Assembly: GCF_006345805.1 (NCBI RefSeq)
Contig: NC_042998.1
Span: 31,000,001 to 31,064,000, forward strand
Direction: 5' to 3'
DNA from: Octopus sinensis
Taxonomy: Eukaryota
Length of the DNA stretch: 64,000 nt
The number at the start of each line of letters is the position of its first letter. Within the stretch, counting starts at the first letter, position 1. Positions 1 through 11,614 of the stretch are shown in pieces. The notes under the pieces are model-generated. The model did not search any database, was not told the DNA's origin, and saw only the letters and a program-made list of their open reading frames with translations. Both the position numbers and the translations under genes were made by a program.

Positions 1-365
1 ATAATTTGGGTGGGGGGACTAATGGGAAAAAATGATAATTAGCAAAAGGACAGGCAATGGTAAAAGAGTTTGAATATGGATTGATAGGACATCAGCTCGT
101 TACACAGGCAGCCTGACATGGTGTAATACGTGGGTGATGGTGGTAGTGGGGTTCCAATATGAACAGGTCTCTATTCCAATCTTCATCACAACCTCCATTT
201 CACCATCATTTTGCCATACATCAATGGGTGGCTGGGTCTTGAATAAAGGTAATCTGCAACAACTTATTCCAAACAAGTTTTTCCTAAAAAAAATTTGTGC
301 CTGAAAAATATTAAACAAAAAAAAAAAAGGGATCAGACTGGACTGTAGAAGAAAACTATTTAACT

Positions 366-508
366 TCTGTTGTGACTGGGGAGAGTCATTTTCTTTTTAT
401 GCCTTTAACACACTCACTGGTAAAATTTCCACTTATTTCTTATTTTACCGATGAGGGTGTTAAATTATAAGACACAAAAAGAAAATGACTCTCTCCAGAC
501 ACAACAGA
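366..508. repeat. Imperfect hairpin with about 60-bp arms and a 15-nt loop
   Basis: 366-426 vs 442-508. Confidence 0.8.
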
Positions 509-2459
509 ATATGCTTCAACACACGAACTCATATAAAGAATCTTGCAAACAAAATCCGAAAACGAAACTATTTAACTTGATGTCTCTTAATTATGCACAA
601 GGCTAATTGTTTGTAATCTTATAGAATAGTGTACTCAACTAAATTGATGGCAGTATTTTTGTCGTGTATATTTTTACCAGAGCTAAATGTAGAAACATTC
701 CACTCAAGTAGGATTCTTGCTGATAACTGAGAGGGATGAAATTAAATTCTGCAGCACATTTGGTCATTTTCTTCTCCAATCAATATGAAATATGATAAGA
801 CGGCGAGCTGGACGAATTGTTAACATGCTGAACAAAATGTTTAGCGCCAAAGTGAAGTAGCAGTCAAATATTGGATGCGATGTGATCGACAATTGCCTCC
901 TAAGCAAAAAAAATTGTTGGCTTTGTGCCAAAATTTGAAACAATTCATTGTTGCTGGTCTTAACATGAATTATACTCTCAAGAAAAACCACGATTGGGAA
1001 AAATTCAAGGGAAATAACTACCAAAATATATTGCGAGTGATCTCCCTTGAAAAGTTTTTTGTTTGTAAATAGAATTTAAAAATTATGGAAATGTATTTGA
1101 ATAGCAAGTGACCTGATCTGCGATCGTGTGCTGAAAGAAAAACAATTGCAGCGTGAAAGGTGCTTGTAAGCCACTTAAGAAACACACAAAAACCGTTAGA
1201 TTCCCTTCAACATTTGAATTTAATTTGTCAAAATATTTTCGTCGCTTTTAGACCGCGACCTGTTCACTAACAAAATTCGGTGCTGCATCTGGTGGTTGAC
1301 ATGCAGCACGGAATTTTGTCAGTAAGAAGGCGGCGAGCTAGCAGAAACGTTAGCACGCCGGGCGTGGTTTATGCTTAAGCTGAAAAGGAAAGTGTATTTT
1401 GAATAAAAGTTTAAAATCTCAATTGAAGTCTCATATTGAATCTGTTTTATTCATATCAATAAGAAAGCTAAGCAAAAAAGATATTAAGTCATCTCCATCC
1501 ACATTTTCAGCTTCAATCAGCCTACTCCAAACATGTTGCATCAGCTACAAAGCCTGGTATTGCTAACTGTAACACATGGGTTTAAAAATATATCAAAATA
1601 TATGAGCTTGACCAGCTGCTCTCAGTTTGCGCCAGTAATTAGATAGGTTTTTAGCGGGAAAAAAATGTGAAAAACTATGGTCGTTTAGTGGATATTGAAG
1701 GAATTGTTCAGTTTACGAGCGTACCAAAAGTAATTAAAAAATTAAGGGGAGATAACTTCTAATAAAAAGTAGCAAAGGGAAGTAAATCAACTTCTTCCCT
1801 GAATTAAACCATAAGCTTTATTAAGGAATGATTGTGATGGCTCTATGACTACTATGAACTTTGTCAATAACGATTGTATGCATAAAGTTGTGTAATGCTT
1901 TATTAAATTTTCCTTCGTTCCACGCCATTATGACCTGGAAACGGAAATAAGGAATTGGTAGGACTACTAGGAAAGCTGCTGCTATAAAAAAGGTTCGAGA
2001 TTTCCAGCTGCCTCACATCAGTATCTTTGCTCAATGTATTCGGTCATTTTGACTCAAAAAGAAAAATCGCACAGCACACTCTTCACGTCTGTACGCAACG
2101 CGTCACTGCAGGCAAATGGTGCGACCTACAGACACAATAATTTTTGTACATACTTACGAAGGACGTGGCCACCTAATACCCATGTGGATTTTGCTCACAT
2201 ATTATTATTTTGTGCAAAAAAAAAAATCAAAGTTGGATAATTTTTGACTACACCTTGTAATATGAACCAAACTCTGCAATAGTAACAACCAACATTACTA
2301 AGTATCTAATTTCAAAACAATACTTTTTAAGTCATGGCACATATTCCTTGAAATAGAGGCTAAAATCCCTGTTTGGCCAGATTATTTTCATCTTAACCAA
2401 ATAGTTTTATCTTTAAGGACCTGAACTTTTAACAACTATATTTTGGTGAAACAAGAGTA

Positions 2460-2680
2460 TGGCAGAAACGTTAGCGCGCCGGGTGAAATGCTTAGCGGTA
2501 TTTCGTCTGCCACTTATGTTCTGAGTTCAAATTCCGCCGAGGTCAACTTTGCCTTTCATCCTTTCGGGGGCGATTAATTAAGTACCAGATTAATTAAGTA
2601 CCAGTTATTACTTAATCCTTTTGTCTGTCCTTGTTTGTCCCCTCTATGTTTGGCCCCTTGTGGGCAATAAAGAAATAAGA
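2460..2680 (+). mobile_element. SINE family C (ggcagaaacgttagc...ctttgcctttcatcctttcgggg...)
   Basis: Further copies near 1330, 6350, 8435(-), 8630-9310(-), 12120-12330(-), 22713-22940, 35037-35465, 38540-38745(-), 62140-62225(-). Confidence 0.8.
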
Positions 2681-2907
2681 GTATGTTTTATTTGAATGAA
2701 AATGTTTTTAAGACTATTAGCTTCAGCTTAGAAGCATATGCATATAATTACTTTTACCCAACATTTCATCTGATTTAACAAGCAATACTGAACTGGCCTT
2801 ACTGTAGAACTATTAATTCTAGATAAAGGATAACGTTCTTATCTACTAAAATTGTTATTATTGTAATACTGCAGAAATGAAACCTACTTTAAAATATTTT
2901 TGAACAT

Positions 2908-3087
2908 TGCAGTGTGGTAAGAAGCTTACTTCTCAACCACATGGTTCCAGGTTCAGTCTCGCTGTGTGGCACCTTGGGCAAGAGTCTTCTACTAGAGCCT
3001 CGGGTTGACCAAGGCCTTATGAGTAGATATTGTAGATGGAAACTGAAAGAAGCCCATTGTGTATATATATATATATATAATATGAAT

Positions 3088-3137
<50 letters not shown>

Positions 3138-3206
3138 TAATATGAATAAGATAGTCAACAAGCTCTATTTTGTACTCTGCTGCATTCCTAACGGAATACA
3201 CCTCAA

Positions 3207-3245
<39 letters not shown>

Positions 3246-3440
3246 ATGTTTGTGTATCTGTGTTTGTTCCTCCATCATTGCTTGACAATCGATGTTGATG
3301 TGTTTACGTAACCAAACTTAGCAGCTCGGCAAAAGAGAGGAATAGAATAAGTACTAGGCTGACAACGAATAAGTCATGGGGTTGGCTTGTTCAACATAGT
3401 CAGTCAAATGTCTGAAACAGATAAAAGACTAAAAGAATAT
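2908..3440 (+). mobile_element. tRNA-derived SINE family A with internal (TA)/(TG) tract
   Basis: tRNA-like head, ggcaccttgggcaag, tail gactgaaac..taaaagag. Other copies: 7470-7650(-), 18127-18530(-), 37172-37606(+), 43275-43668(-), 43798-44192(-), 44468-44670(-), tails at 45060, 49825, 63950. Confidence 0.8.
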
Positions 3441-3646
3441 TACTTTTAGGTATTTAATTTGTTCTATTGTTTCTTTCTTTTAAATCAAAACTGTTAGCTT
3501 TTATGAGATTATGTATTTATTTGATGAATCATTTTTTAACTGAAATAAAATAATCGGTATTTAGTATACATTAATAAAATCTATTTGAGCAAAATTTAAT
3601 CTCACTTTATTTTTAATCTATTTAAAATTATGCATTTGTTTTGCAG

Positions 3647-3814
3647 GTGCTTGGCCTCTGTGGGAACTTTGATAATTCTTTAAATAATGATTTCACTAGC
3701 TATAATGGATTAGTATTGCATAAAAATGAGTTTATCAAAGAATTTATGAGCCTATCATGTCCTGCAGAACAAGTAGAAGAAACTGATGTGGACCCATGCG
3801 TTATAGACGATTCT
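3647..3814 (+). CDS. Exon 1 in window of VWD/C8/TIL SCO-spondin/mucin-like gene: C-terminal part of VWD (D2)
   Basis: ttttgcag acceptor, gtaagt donor, 168 nt, phase 0-0; VLGLCGNFDNSLNNDF is the VWD GLCGNFD...NDF motif. The upstream part of the gene is not found in the window. Confidence 0.93.
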
Positions 3815-4736
3815 GTAAGTTTTTATTAATTTTTTTTATAAAAGTCTCTTCATTAAACTTTAAACTCTCTATATAAACTCTAAACTGCTTTATTCAAAAG
3901 TGCAGCATTTTTACATTTCAGCTACCCCAGCTGATCTAAAATAAGCAAAGCAGACAGGAATACATTTTATATACACATATTTTACACATGATATATTTAT
4001 ATTATATGTGTATTATTCAGTTTCTTAAGTAACCTTTAAATAGCTGACATCATCAATTTAACATGAATATAGCCATCATCAAAGGAAACTGAATATTTTA
4101 TGGTAATTTTCAATAATGAGATCGTAAATTTTATTGTGTGAGTGATCAACAATTATTGTGGTTTTTGTACTTATTTAAACTGAAAATGACTATAACAATT
4201 ACATTTAAGGAAAAGTGGTTCCTTTCGTCTTTTGTCGATTAGGCACACACATTGGTGCAACCCTCTCCGACTGTTTAAGGATTAATCAAATATTATTTGA
4301 GCAGTAATTCCTATTTGTCCTTCTATTAAATGTTAAATTGGGTTTAGTCTAGATCAGTGGTTTCTCAACCATTTTTTATCTATGGACCCCAGTTCTAGGA
4401 GAATCATTTCTATGAAAATTTCCAGTTATCTGTATTTCAAGAGAATGTGTACAAAACAACGAAAAAAAATATACACACTCACTTGCTTTCTCCCCCAAAA
4501 TTTAATGCTCTAAGCTTAGATTTTTGGGGCCAGCCAGATTTTAACAATCTCAAGTGTAACTGGCGAAAACTGTAAGGACGATCTGCATACTTGGCTGATG
4601 AGAGAAGGCTGCAATGGACCCGTCCTTATTTTTTCTTGTCTGTTTTGTATTGCCTATCTGTCTGGACATCTTATTGTTGTCTGTTGCATTCTTGTTACAT
4701 TTTTTGGATTTATATATACATATAGTGGAGTGTATG

Positions 4737-4836
<100 letters not shown>

Positions 4837-4879
4837 TATATATGTGAGAGAGAGAGAAAGAAAGAGAGACCTTCTATTT

Positions 4880-5290
4880 CCAATAGTGGTAAATAGCTCT
4901 CTGAACTCACTCTATCCCATTCTTATTCTAGCAACTATATTTTCATTTCAGGACATATTCCTATGGCTAATTAAGCTGTACTGGTAACATAAACTATCTA
5001 CTATCTCTAGCAACTCTCCAGGGCATTTGACAAAATCTATTTCCAATGTATCTTAGGTTTTTATGGCATCTCTGCATTTTCCACATATAAACACTACTTT
5101 CTCCACTAACCTTCCTGTCACTACTCAGCACCATTTGCCTACACCATTCCTACATACTAAGCAGGGCCATTTACCTGAAGGAGGTAGAGTTCTATCTGTT
5201 TTCCGGCTTACTAGAATGCTGGTCTTTGCTAAGTTAACTGTAAGACCTTCAATTTCAGGTTTTACATTCACACCTGGAATTCTTTTGTGT
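4880..5290 (-). mobile_element. Degenerate RTE RT fragment
   Basis: EGLTVNLAKTSILVSRKTDRTLPPSGKWPCLVCRNGVG is homologous to the long copy. Confidence 0.8.
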
Positions 5291-5944
5291 GCTGGTGGCA
5301 CGTAAAAAGCACCATCTGAACGTGGCCAATGCAAAGTGCCGCCTTGACTGGATTCTGTGCCAGTGGCATGTAAAAAGCACCAACCGATCATGGCCATTGC
5401 CAGCCTCGCCTGGCACGTAAAAAGCACCCACTACACTCACAGAGTGGTTGGCGTTAGGAGTGGCATCCAGCTGTAGAAACACTGCCAGATCAGACTGGAG
5501 CCTGGTTCAACCTCTTGGCTTCCCAGACCCCAGTCGAACCGTCCAACCCATGCTAGCACGGAAAACGGACGTTAAACGATGATGATGATGATGATTCTGG
5601 TATGAGAATGCAATCATCAATATTTACTAGTTCCCTGGGGAAGCCAATCTTGAATTCTTCTGTTATGACTTAGTGGTCAATGATGAATAAGAGGGGAGTG
5701 GGAAATGAACCCTAGTGAATGCCTACCGACATACTGAATTCATTACTGTACTCTCATGGCCAACTCTCATCTTATTGACATCATCCCCGTACATGGCTTA
5801 TGCGGAATCTTTGGTTATCTGGAAATATTTTTCTATAAAAGCATATAAATACATGTATCATGCATAATATATGCTGTTGTTTGTGTTTCTCTTTTTACTC
5901 CTTCCTTAATAAATAAAATATTTGAACACATAATATTCTTTCAG

Positions 5945-6182
5945 AACTTAGAAACGGCTACAAAGTACTGCTCAATTTTGGAGGAAAGTCCAGTATTTGA
6001 AGAATGTTTAAGCGTTGTTCGATCAGACACATATAAAAAACTTTGCATGAGGGATATGTGCAATAGTTTAAATTACAATAAACAAGCATTTTGCATTGCC
6101 CTGGAAGCTTATACAAGAGAATGTGCTGAAAATAATATCACTATTGACTGGCAGTCTAATTCCACAATCAATGATGCTTGTA
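5945..6182 (+). CDS. Exon 2: C8 domain
   Basis: tttcag / gtaagt, 238 nt, phase 0-1; NLETATKYCSILEESPVFEECLSVVRSDTYKKLCMRDMC...FCIALEAYTRECAENNITIDW matches C8 cysteine spacing. Confidence 0.93.
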
Positions 6183-6731
6183 GTAAGTAAAAAGCTTTGT
6201 CTCCTTTTGCAAATGTCTCAGTTGTGCCTCTTGCGAATAACAGTATTTATTAATTTATGTGTTTACTAAAGATTAAAAATATTTGTTTAGTGTGATTAGT
6301 AATGACTAAATAACAGTTAATTTTTCTCTTAGTGACTTTGTTAAGGCAGAGGTGTGGCAGAAAAAGTAGACCCCATTGATGGTTGCCTTGCAACATTTAA
6401 TTTCATCCTTCTATAATCTGAGTTAAAATCTCAGAACATAAACAGTTCCATCCTTGGCTGTTGAATACATACCAAGTCATATATTATATATATGTATATA
6501 TATGTGTGTGTGTATTTATGTGCATGTATATATATATTTATACACACACATATACATACATATATATGCACATATGCACACACACATACATACATATATA
6601 TAAGTATATATATACATACATGCTAAGTCTAGCAGTTTTTCTTAAAGGAAAAGAAAACACATAATCCCATCCAAAATTAAAAGTATTTAAAAAATTTTCT
6701 AATATGAAGATTATGGCTGAGAGATAACAAT

Positions 6732-7037
6732 TTAGCCACAGTAGCAGCCCTTAGCTTCCATCATGGCTTCTAGGCGGTTCCAGAACTTAGAGCATCTGCT
6801 TTTCACTGTGTCCCTAAAATGACTTTCAAACAGTTCCTTGATCTTGGCCACCAGTTCAGCAGTGGGGTAGCAGACAGAACACACGGTATCTTTCTCAACT
6901 GCACCGCAAGCATAGTAGACCATAGAATTACCATCAGGTGAATTAGGATGTCAGGAATTGAGGCTGGTGAAGTCATAGAAACCCTCTGACAACCACTGCT
7001 GACCCTGTCAGGTAATATGGCAAGGAGCTGAATCTGA
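6732..7037 (-). mobile_element. Tc1/mariner-superfamily transposase relic with DD37D-type spacing
   Basis: DSAPCH...QQWL...PNSPDGNSMVYYACGAVE...CSKFWNRLEAMMEAKG; 37 residues between the second Asp and the expected third-Asp position; contains stops. Confidence 0.7.
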
Positions 7038-7445
7038 AGTCAGTAATAACAAGCCTATGCTAAGGGATACACTCTTCAGTTGGGAAGGACTTGCATTGTA
7101 TAATTAACTCACTTTCCTGCTTTCTAGTGAGAATGTTGTCAATCTAGCTTGTGTGGACACCAGATTAATAAGTGAACTGGTTACTGACTGATTAATAAGT
7201 GAACAGGTGACTGACCGATTAGTAAGTGAACAGGTGACTGACCGATTAATAAGTGAACAAGTGACTGACTAGTATTGCAGATTTTAGAATCATTTGCATC
7301 ACATAACTCCATCAAACTCATTGTGGGAACCAATTCCAAAACCTCCATGCACCCCATAGAAGCTGTTCAGATGCTGCCCGACATGTCGATTGAAGTCACC
7401 AGCCATGAAGAGGTCACTGCTATTTGCCAATAAGGTAGTCTGCAA
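7035..7445 (-). mobile_element. Degenerate RTE AP-endonuclease fragment with an internal 27-bp tandem repeat (about 4 units, 7163-7270)
   Basis: DLFMAGDFNRHVG...GVHGGFG and IDNILTRK...SFPTEEC..HRLVITDF. Confidence 0.75.
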
Positions 7446-7960
7446 GAAAATATGTATGTGTGTGTGTGTATACATATTCTTTTATTCTTTTCAGTCAGTT
7501 TGACTGTGGCCATGCTGGAGCACCGTCTTTAGTCGAACAAATCGATGCTAGGACTTATTCTTTGTAAGCCTAGTACTTATCCTATCAGCGTCTTTTGTCT
7601 AACCACTAAGTTACAGGGACGTAAACACACCAACATCGGTTGTCTTATTTGTATATATATATATAAAAATAAGAAAATTGATTTTTTCTAATTTTTATAT
7701 ATATATATATATTGTGTGAAATTTGATTTAGTATTTCTAAATTGAATTTTTTTCCCTGTAAGTTAAGATTAATATTCCCTCAAATAATTATTATATATAT
7801 ATCATCATCATCATCATCATCGTTTAACGTCCGTTCTCCATGCTAGCATGGGTTGGACGGTTCGACCGGGGATCTGGAAAGCCAGAAGGCTGCACCAGGC
7901 TCCAGTCTTATCTGGCAGTGTTTCTACAGCTGGATGCCCTTCCTAACGCCACATATATAT

Positions 7961-8007
<47 letters not shown>

Positions 8008-8146
8008 ATGTGTTTATTATTTTCCCCTATGGTTTAGTTACTCAGTTACTAATTTCAATGACCTTAAATTCTTGGTTCCTTGTTTGTTTTGATGTTTTCC
8101 ATGTTATTGTTAAAGTTTAAATTATACATTTTCAATATCATTACAG

Positions 8147-8399
8147 GCATAACATGTCCTGAAGGTACAGGTCAGCAATATTTAAGCTGTAAATCTTCAT
8201 GCCTGACATCATGTCATGACTTAGATAAGGACTTGTCACAATGCAAAACTGGCTGCATATCTGGGTGTCAGTGTCCAGATGGCACATTGATGAACGATAT
8301 TGGAATATGTGTAAAAATCTCAGAGTGTACCTGCTATGATAAACACCACAAGAAACATTACGAGAATGGTGAATCTGTACAGATATTTGGCCGAGATTG
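8147..8399 (+). CDS. Exon 3: TIL domain and start of E module
   Basis: ttacag / gtaagt, 253 nt, phase 1-2; ITCPEGTGQQYLSCKSSCLTSC...CISGCQCPDGTLMNDIGICVKISECTC. Confidence 0.93.
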
Positions 8400-8685
8400 G
8401 TAAGTAATCAATTTTAGTGTTTTCCTCATTGGTTTCAAATTTTGGCACAAGGCCAGCAATTTCAGGGACAAGATTAAATCAATTACATCGACCCCCGTAC
8501 TCACAATCTTGAAGGAATTTGAACTCAGAATCTAAAATGTCCAGTCTGGTAATGATTCTACCAACTTGCCATATTGTCCAATGTACTAATAATTCTGCCA
8601 GCTTGCTGTTATTATAACAATAGTTTAAAATTTTAGCACAAGGCCAGCAAATTCAGGTTACCTGAACCTCAACACTCAGCTAGTA

Positions 8686-9251
8686 TTGGGTTGTCCGGAA
8701 AGTTCATGCCGATTTATAGTAGCTTAACTTACGACTTATTTTAGAACATGGTTGAGTCTATAAAATAGGATTTGATGACACCTCCATTTAGAGCACAGTT
8801 TAAGCTAACTTTTTATGGAAGAAGGTTTATGTTCCTATAACCTGTATTAATTCTGTAATCCTTTAAAATGGAAGATAAGAAAGTTCATTTTCAGCACTTG
8901 ATGCTTTGGGAACCAGACAAAAATTGCTGCAGCTCGGCTGGGATGTGTTACCCCACCCTCCATATTCACCAGATAATGCTCCTTCGGATTTCCACTTATT
9001 CAGGTCTCTACAGAATAGTCTTAATGGTAAAAATTTCAATTCCTTGGATGACATAAAAAGATACCTTGATGAATTCTTTGCTATGAAACCACCACAATTC
9101 TGGGAAGAGGGTATTTCCAAGTTAAAGGAAAGATAGAGATGCATTGTGCAACAAAATGGTTCATATTTGGTTGATTAAAACTGTAATAGCAAGTATTTAT
9201 TGACCTTTTTTTTTCCTTTAAAAATCGGCACGTACTTTCTGGGTAACCCAT
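8686..9251 (+). mobile_element. Internally deleted mariner element
   Basis: 30-bp TIRs (24/30 match) with TA at both ends; N-terminal MEDKKVHFQHLML joined to C-terminal HPPYSPDNAPSDFHLF. Confidence 0.9.
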
Positions 9252-9946
9252 TACTTATTTTATTGATTCCAAAGGTATGGAAGATAAAGAGTTGACCTCA
9301 GTGGAATTTGGAGGACAGCTGTGTAAAGAAGCAATGATCTCTAACTGTGGAGGGAAGCTGTGGGAGAGGTAGACCCAGGAAGACATGGGACGAGGTGGTG
9401 AAGCATGATCTATGAACTTTAGGCCTCACAGAAGCAATGACCAAGACAAGTAACTAACTGACCTAGTGAGAATTGCCTCACCACTGCAGGGGATTCGTTC
9501 AGTTTCTCATATAACCTGCTGCAAATCTTAGTCAATATTCATATTACTAGATAAACAGTATTAAAGATGACTTGTGGTACACCATCACTTTCTTCACTTT
9601 AGTTGTCATTATTTAACCCCAGATCAGCTCTGAATGTATGTGCCTTTGATCAAGGGCATGCCAGCCATTATCATCATGTTCTTATATTAAAGCATAGTGA
9701 ATCCAAGACTACTATGTCATCCAATGTGTTCTTTCCTTATATAAGATTATTGAAGATGGTATGTTGTAGATTGACTATGATTTAGTTGTTATTTCTAGCA
9801 GCGCTAGTGACCACTTTGAAGCTCCCACATTATTACCATTAGCATTATCATAGCATCATTACCTCCAGCATCATCAACCTAATCATGTAAATTGAAGAAA
9901 AGTAACTTTTTCTTTCTATTATTACGTTGTTGTATTTGGGAAAATA

Positions 9947-10827
9947 AGTGGTCTGATCAATAAGTATCCAGACTGTTGCCATAGTAACAAAGCTAAAGCA
10001 TGCAGAGTAAAGCTATTAGGCAAAGATTGACCTTGAACTCTGCTGTCCATGCACACTAAGTTTTAACATTCTAGCTCACTTCCACTGTTTACAACAGTGC
10101 TTGGAAGGAACATGTGTAGTGTGTGGTCATCGCATTGACATGAATCTACATCAAATTTTGCCAAAAGCTTGGCAATACCTGCTCAGAAGCCTACGCAAAG
10201 TTGCAGAAGTGTATGGAGAGGAGTGTATGATAAAAAAAAATTTCGATAATGACGAAAATTCTGAGGGACTTGCAACCAACAGAACTGAGAAAAACATCGC
10301 AGATGTGGATGCAGCTGTGAGAGGAAATTATCGAATCCTCATCAGTGAGTTATCAGAGAATGTGCAGATTAGTTATGGTTCAGTTAAGTCTGTTATCACT
10401 GAAGATTTGGGTATGAGACATGTGTCTGCCAAGTTTGTGCCAAAACTGCTTTCAGTTGACAATGCACTTGCCCATTCAGCACAGCTTGTGCAGCAGTTTT
10501 TAGCTAGGCACAGCATTCCCCAGGTCTGCCAGCCACTCTATTCCCCCAATCTCACCCCTTGCAACTTTTTCCTCTTTCGAAAAATCAAATCCCACTTGAA
10601 AGGAAGAAGATTTCAGGATGTTGAGGAAATCAAAGTGAATGCAATGAGGCAGCTGCTGATTATCCCAGAAAACAAGTTCCAGGAATGCTTCCATCAATGG
10701 AAACAGTGCTAGATTAAGTACTTGGATTCTGAAAGGGATTATCTTGAAGGAGATTAAATGCCAAATTGGTACACATTCTGGTTTTGTTTTCATAGCACCA
10801 GTTCGGATACTTATTGATCAGACCTCG
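9947..10827 (+). mobile_element. Second mariner lineage, internally deleted
   Basis: TIRs ggtctgatcaataagtatcc / ggatacttattgatcagacc with TA flanks; 203-aa ORF with HTH region, DNALAH and YSPNLTPCNF. Confidence 0.9.
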
Positions 10828-11418
10828 TATTTACAAATGACTGGCATCCGAACTAGCGGGCTGCAAAGTGCACCATACAAGTGTGATCGTTGACAGAGTG
10901 GCTAACCAGCTTCCGTGCCTGTGGCACATAAAAGGCACTATTCGAGTGGGATCGTTACCAGCGTTGCCTTACTGGCACTTGTGCCCATGCTAGTAGGGTG
11001 CCAAGAGCACCATCCGAGCGTGATCGTTGCCAGAGCGGCTAACTGGCTTCTGTACCCATGGCACGTAAAAGGGCACCATTCGAGTGTGATCATTACCAAT
11101 GTCGCCTTACTGGCACCTGTGCTGGTGGTGTGTGTAAAAACATTCGAGCAAGGTCATTGCCAGTACCGCCTGACTGGCTCCTGTGCTGGTGGCACATAAA
11201 AAGCACCAACTACACTCTCAGAGTGGTTGGCGTTAGGAAGGGCATCCAGCTGTAGAAACTCTGCCAGATCAAGATTGGACCCTGGTGCAGCCATCTGGTT
11301 CGCCAGCCCTCAGTCAAAATCATCCAACCCATGGAAAGTGGACGTTAAACAATGATGATTATGATGTAGTTGATGTAAATAATGTTAAGGTCTAAGTAAT
11401 ACAATTTTCTGCTTTCAG

Positions 11419-11614
11419 TACATGTGCTAGTGGTACATGGGAGTGCAATACAACTACAGAAGAAGTGATCTGCCGCAAAAATCATACATGGGTCAACAAT
11501 GCAACAGACTGTCAAGAAACCTGTCATACTTTATCCAAACCTCAACCGTGTATACTTTATGAAGAAGAGTATGAAGGTTGCAGATGTCCTCCAGATTATG
11601 TGACCTCTCCAGAT
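11419..11614 (+). CDS. Exon 4: end of E2 module and TIL' domain
   Basis: ctttcag / gtaagt, 196 nt, phase 2-0; completes a TG|T Cys codon; CTCASGTWEC...CQETCHTL...GCRCPPDYVTSPD. Confidence 0.92.

Noticed and set aside
2240-2260. Mariner-like terminal sequence ggataatttttgactacaccttgTA
   Set aside because: No matching left end or transposase motif was identified.
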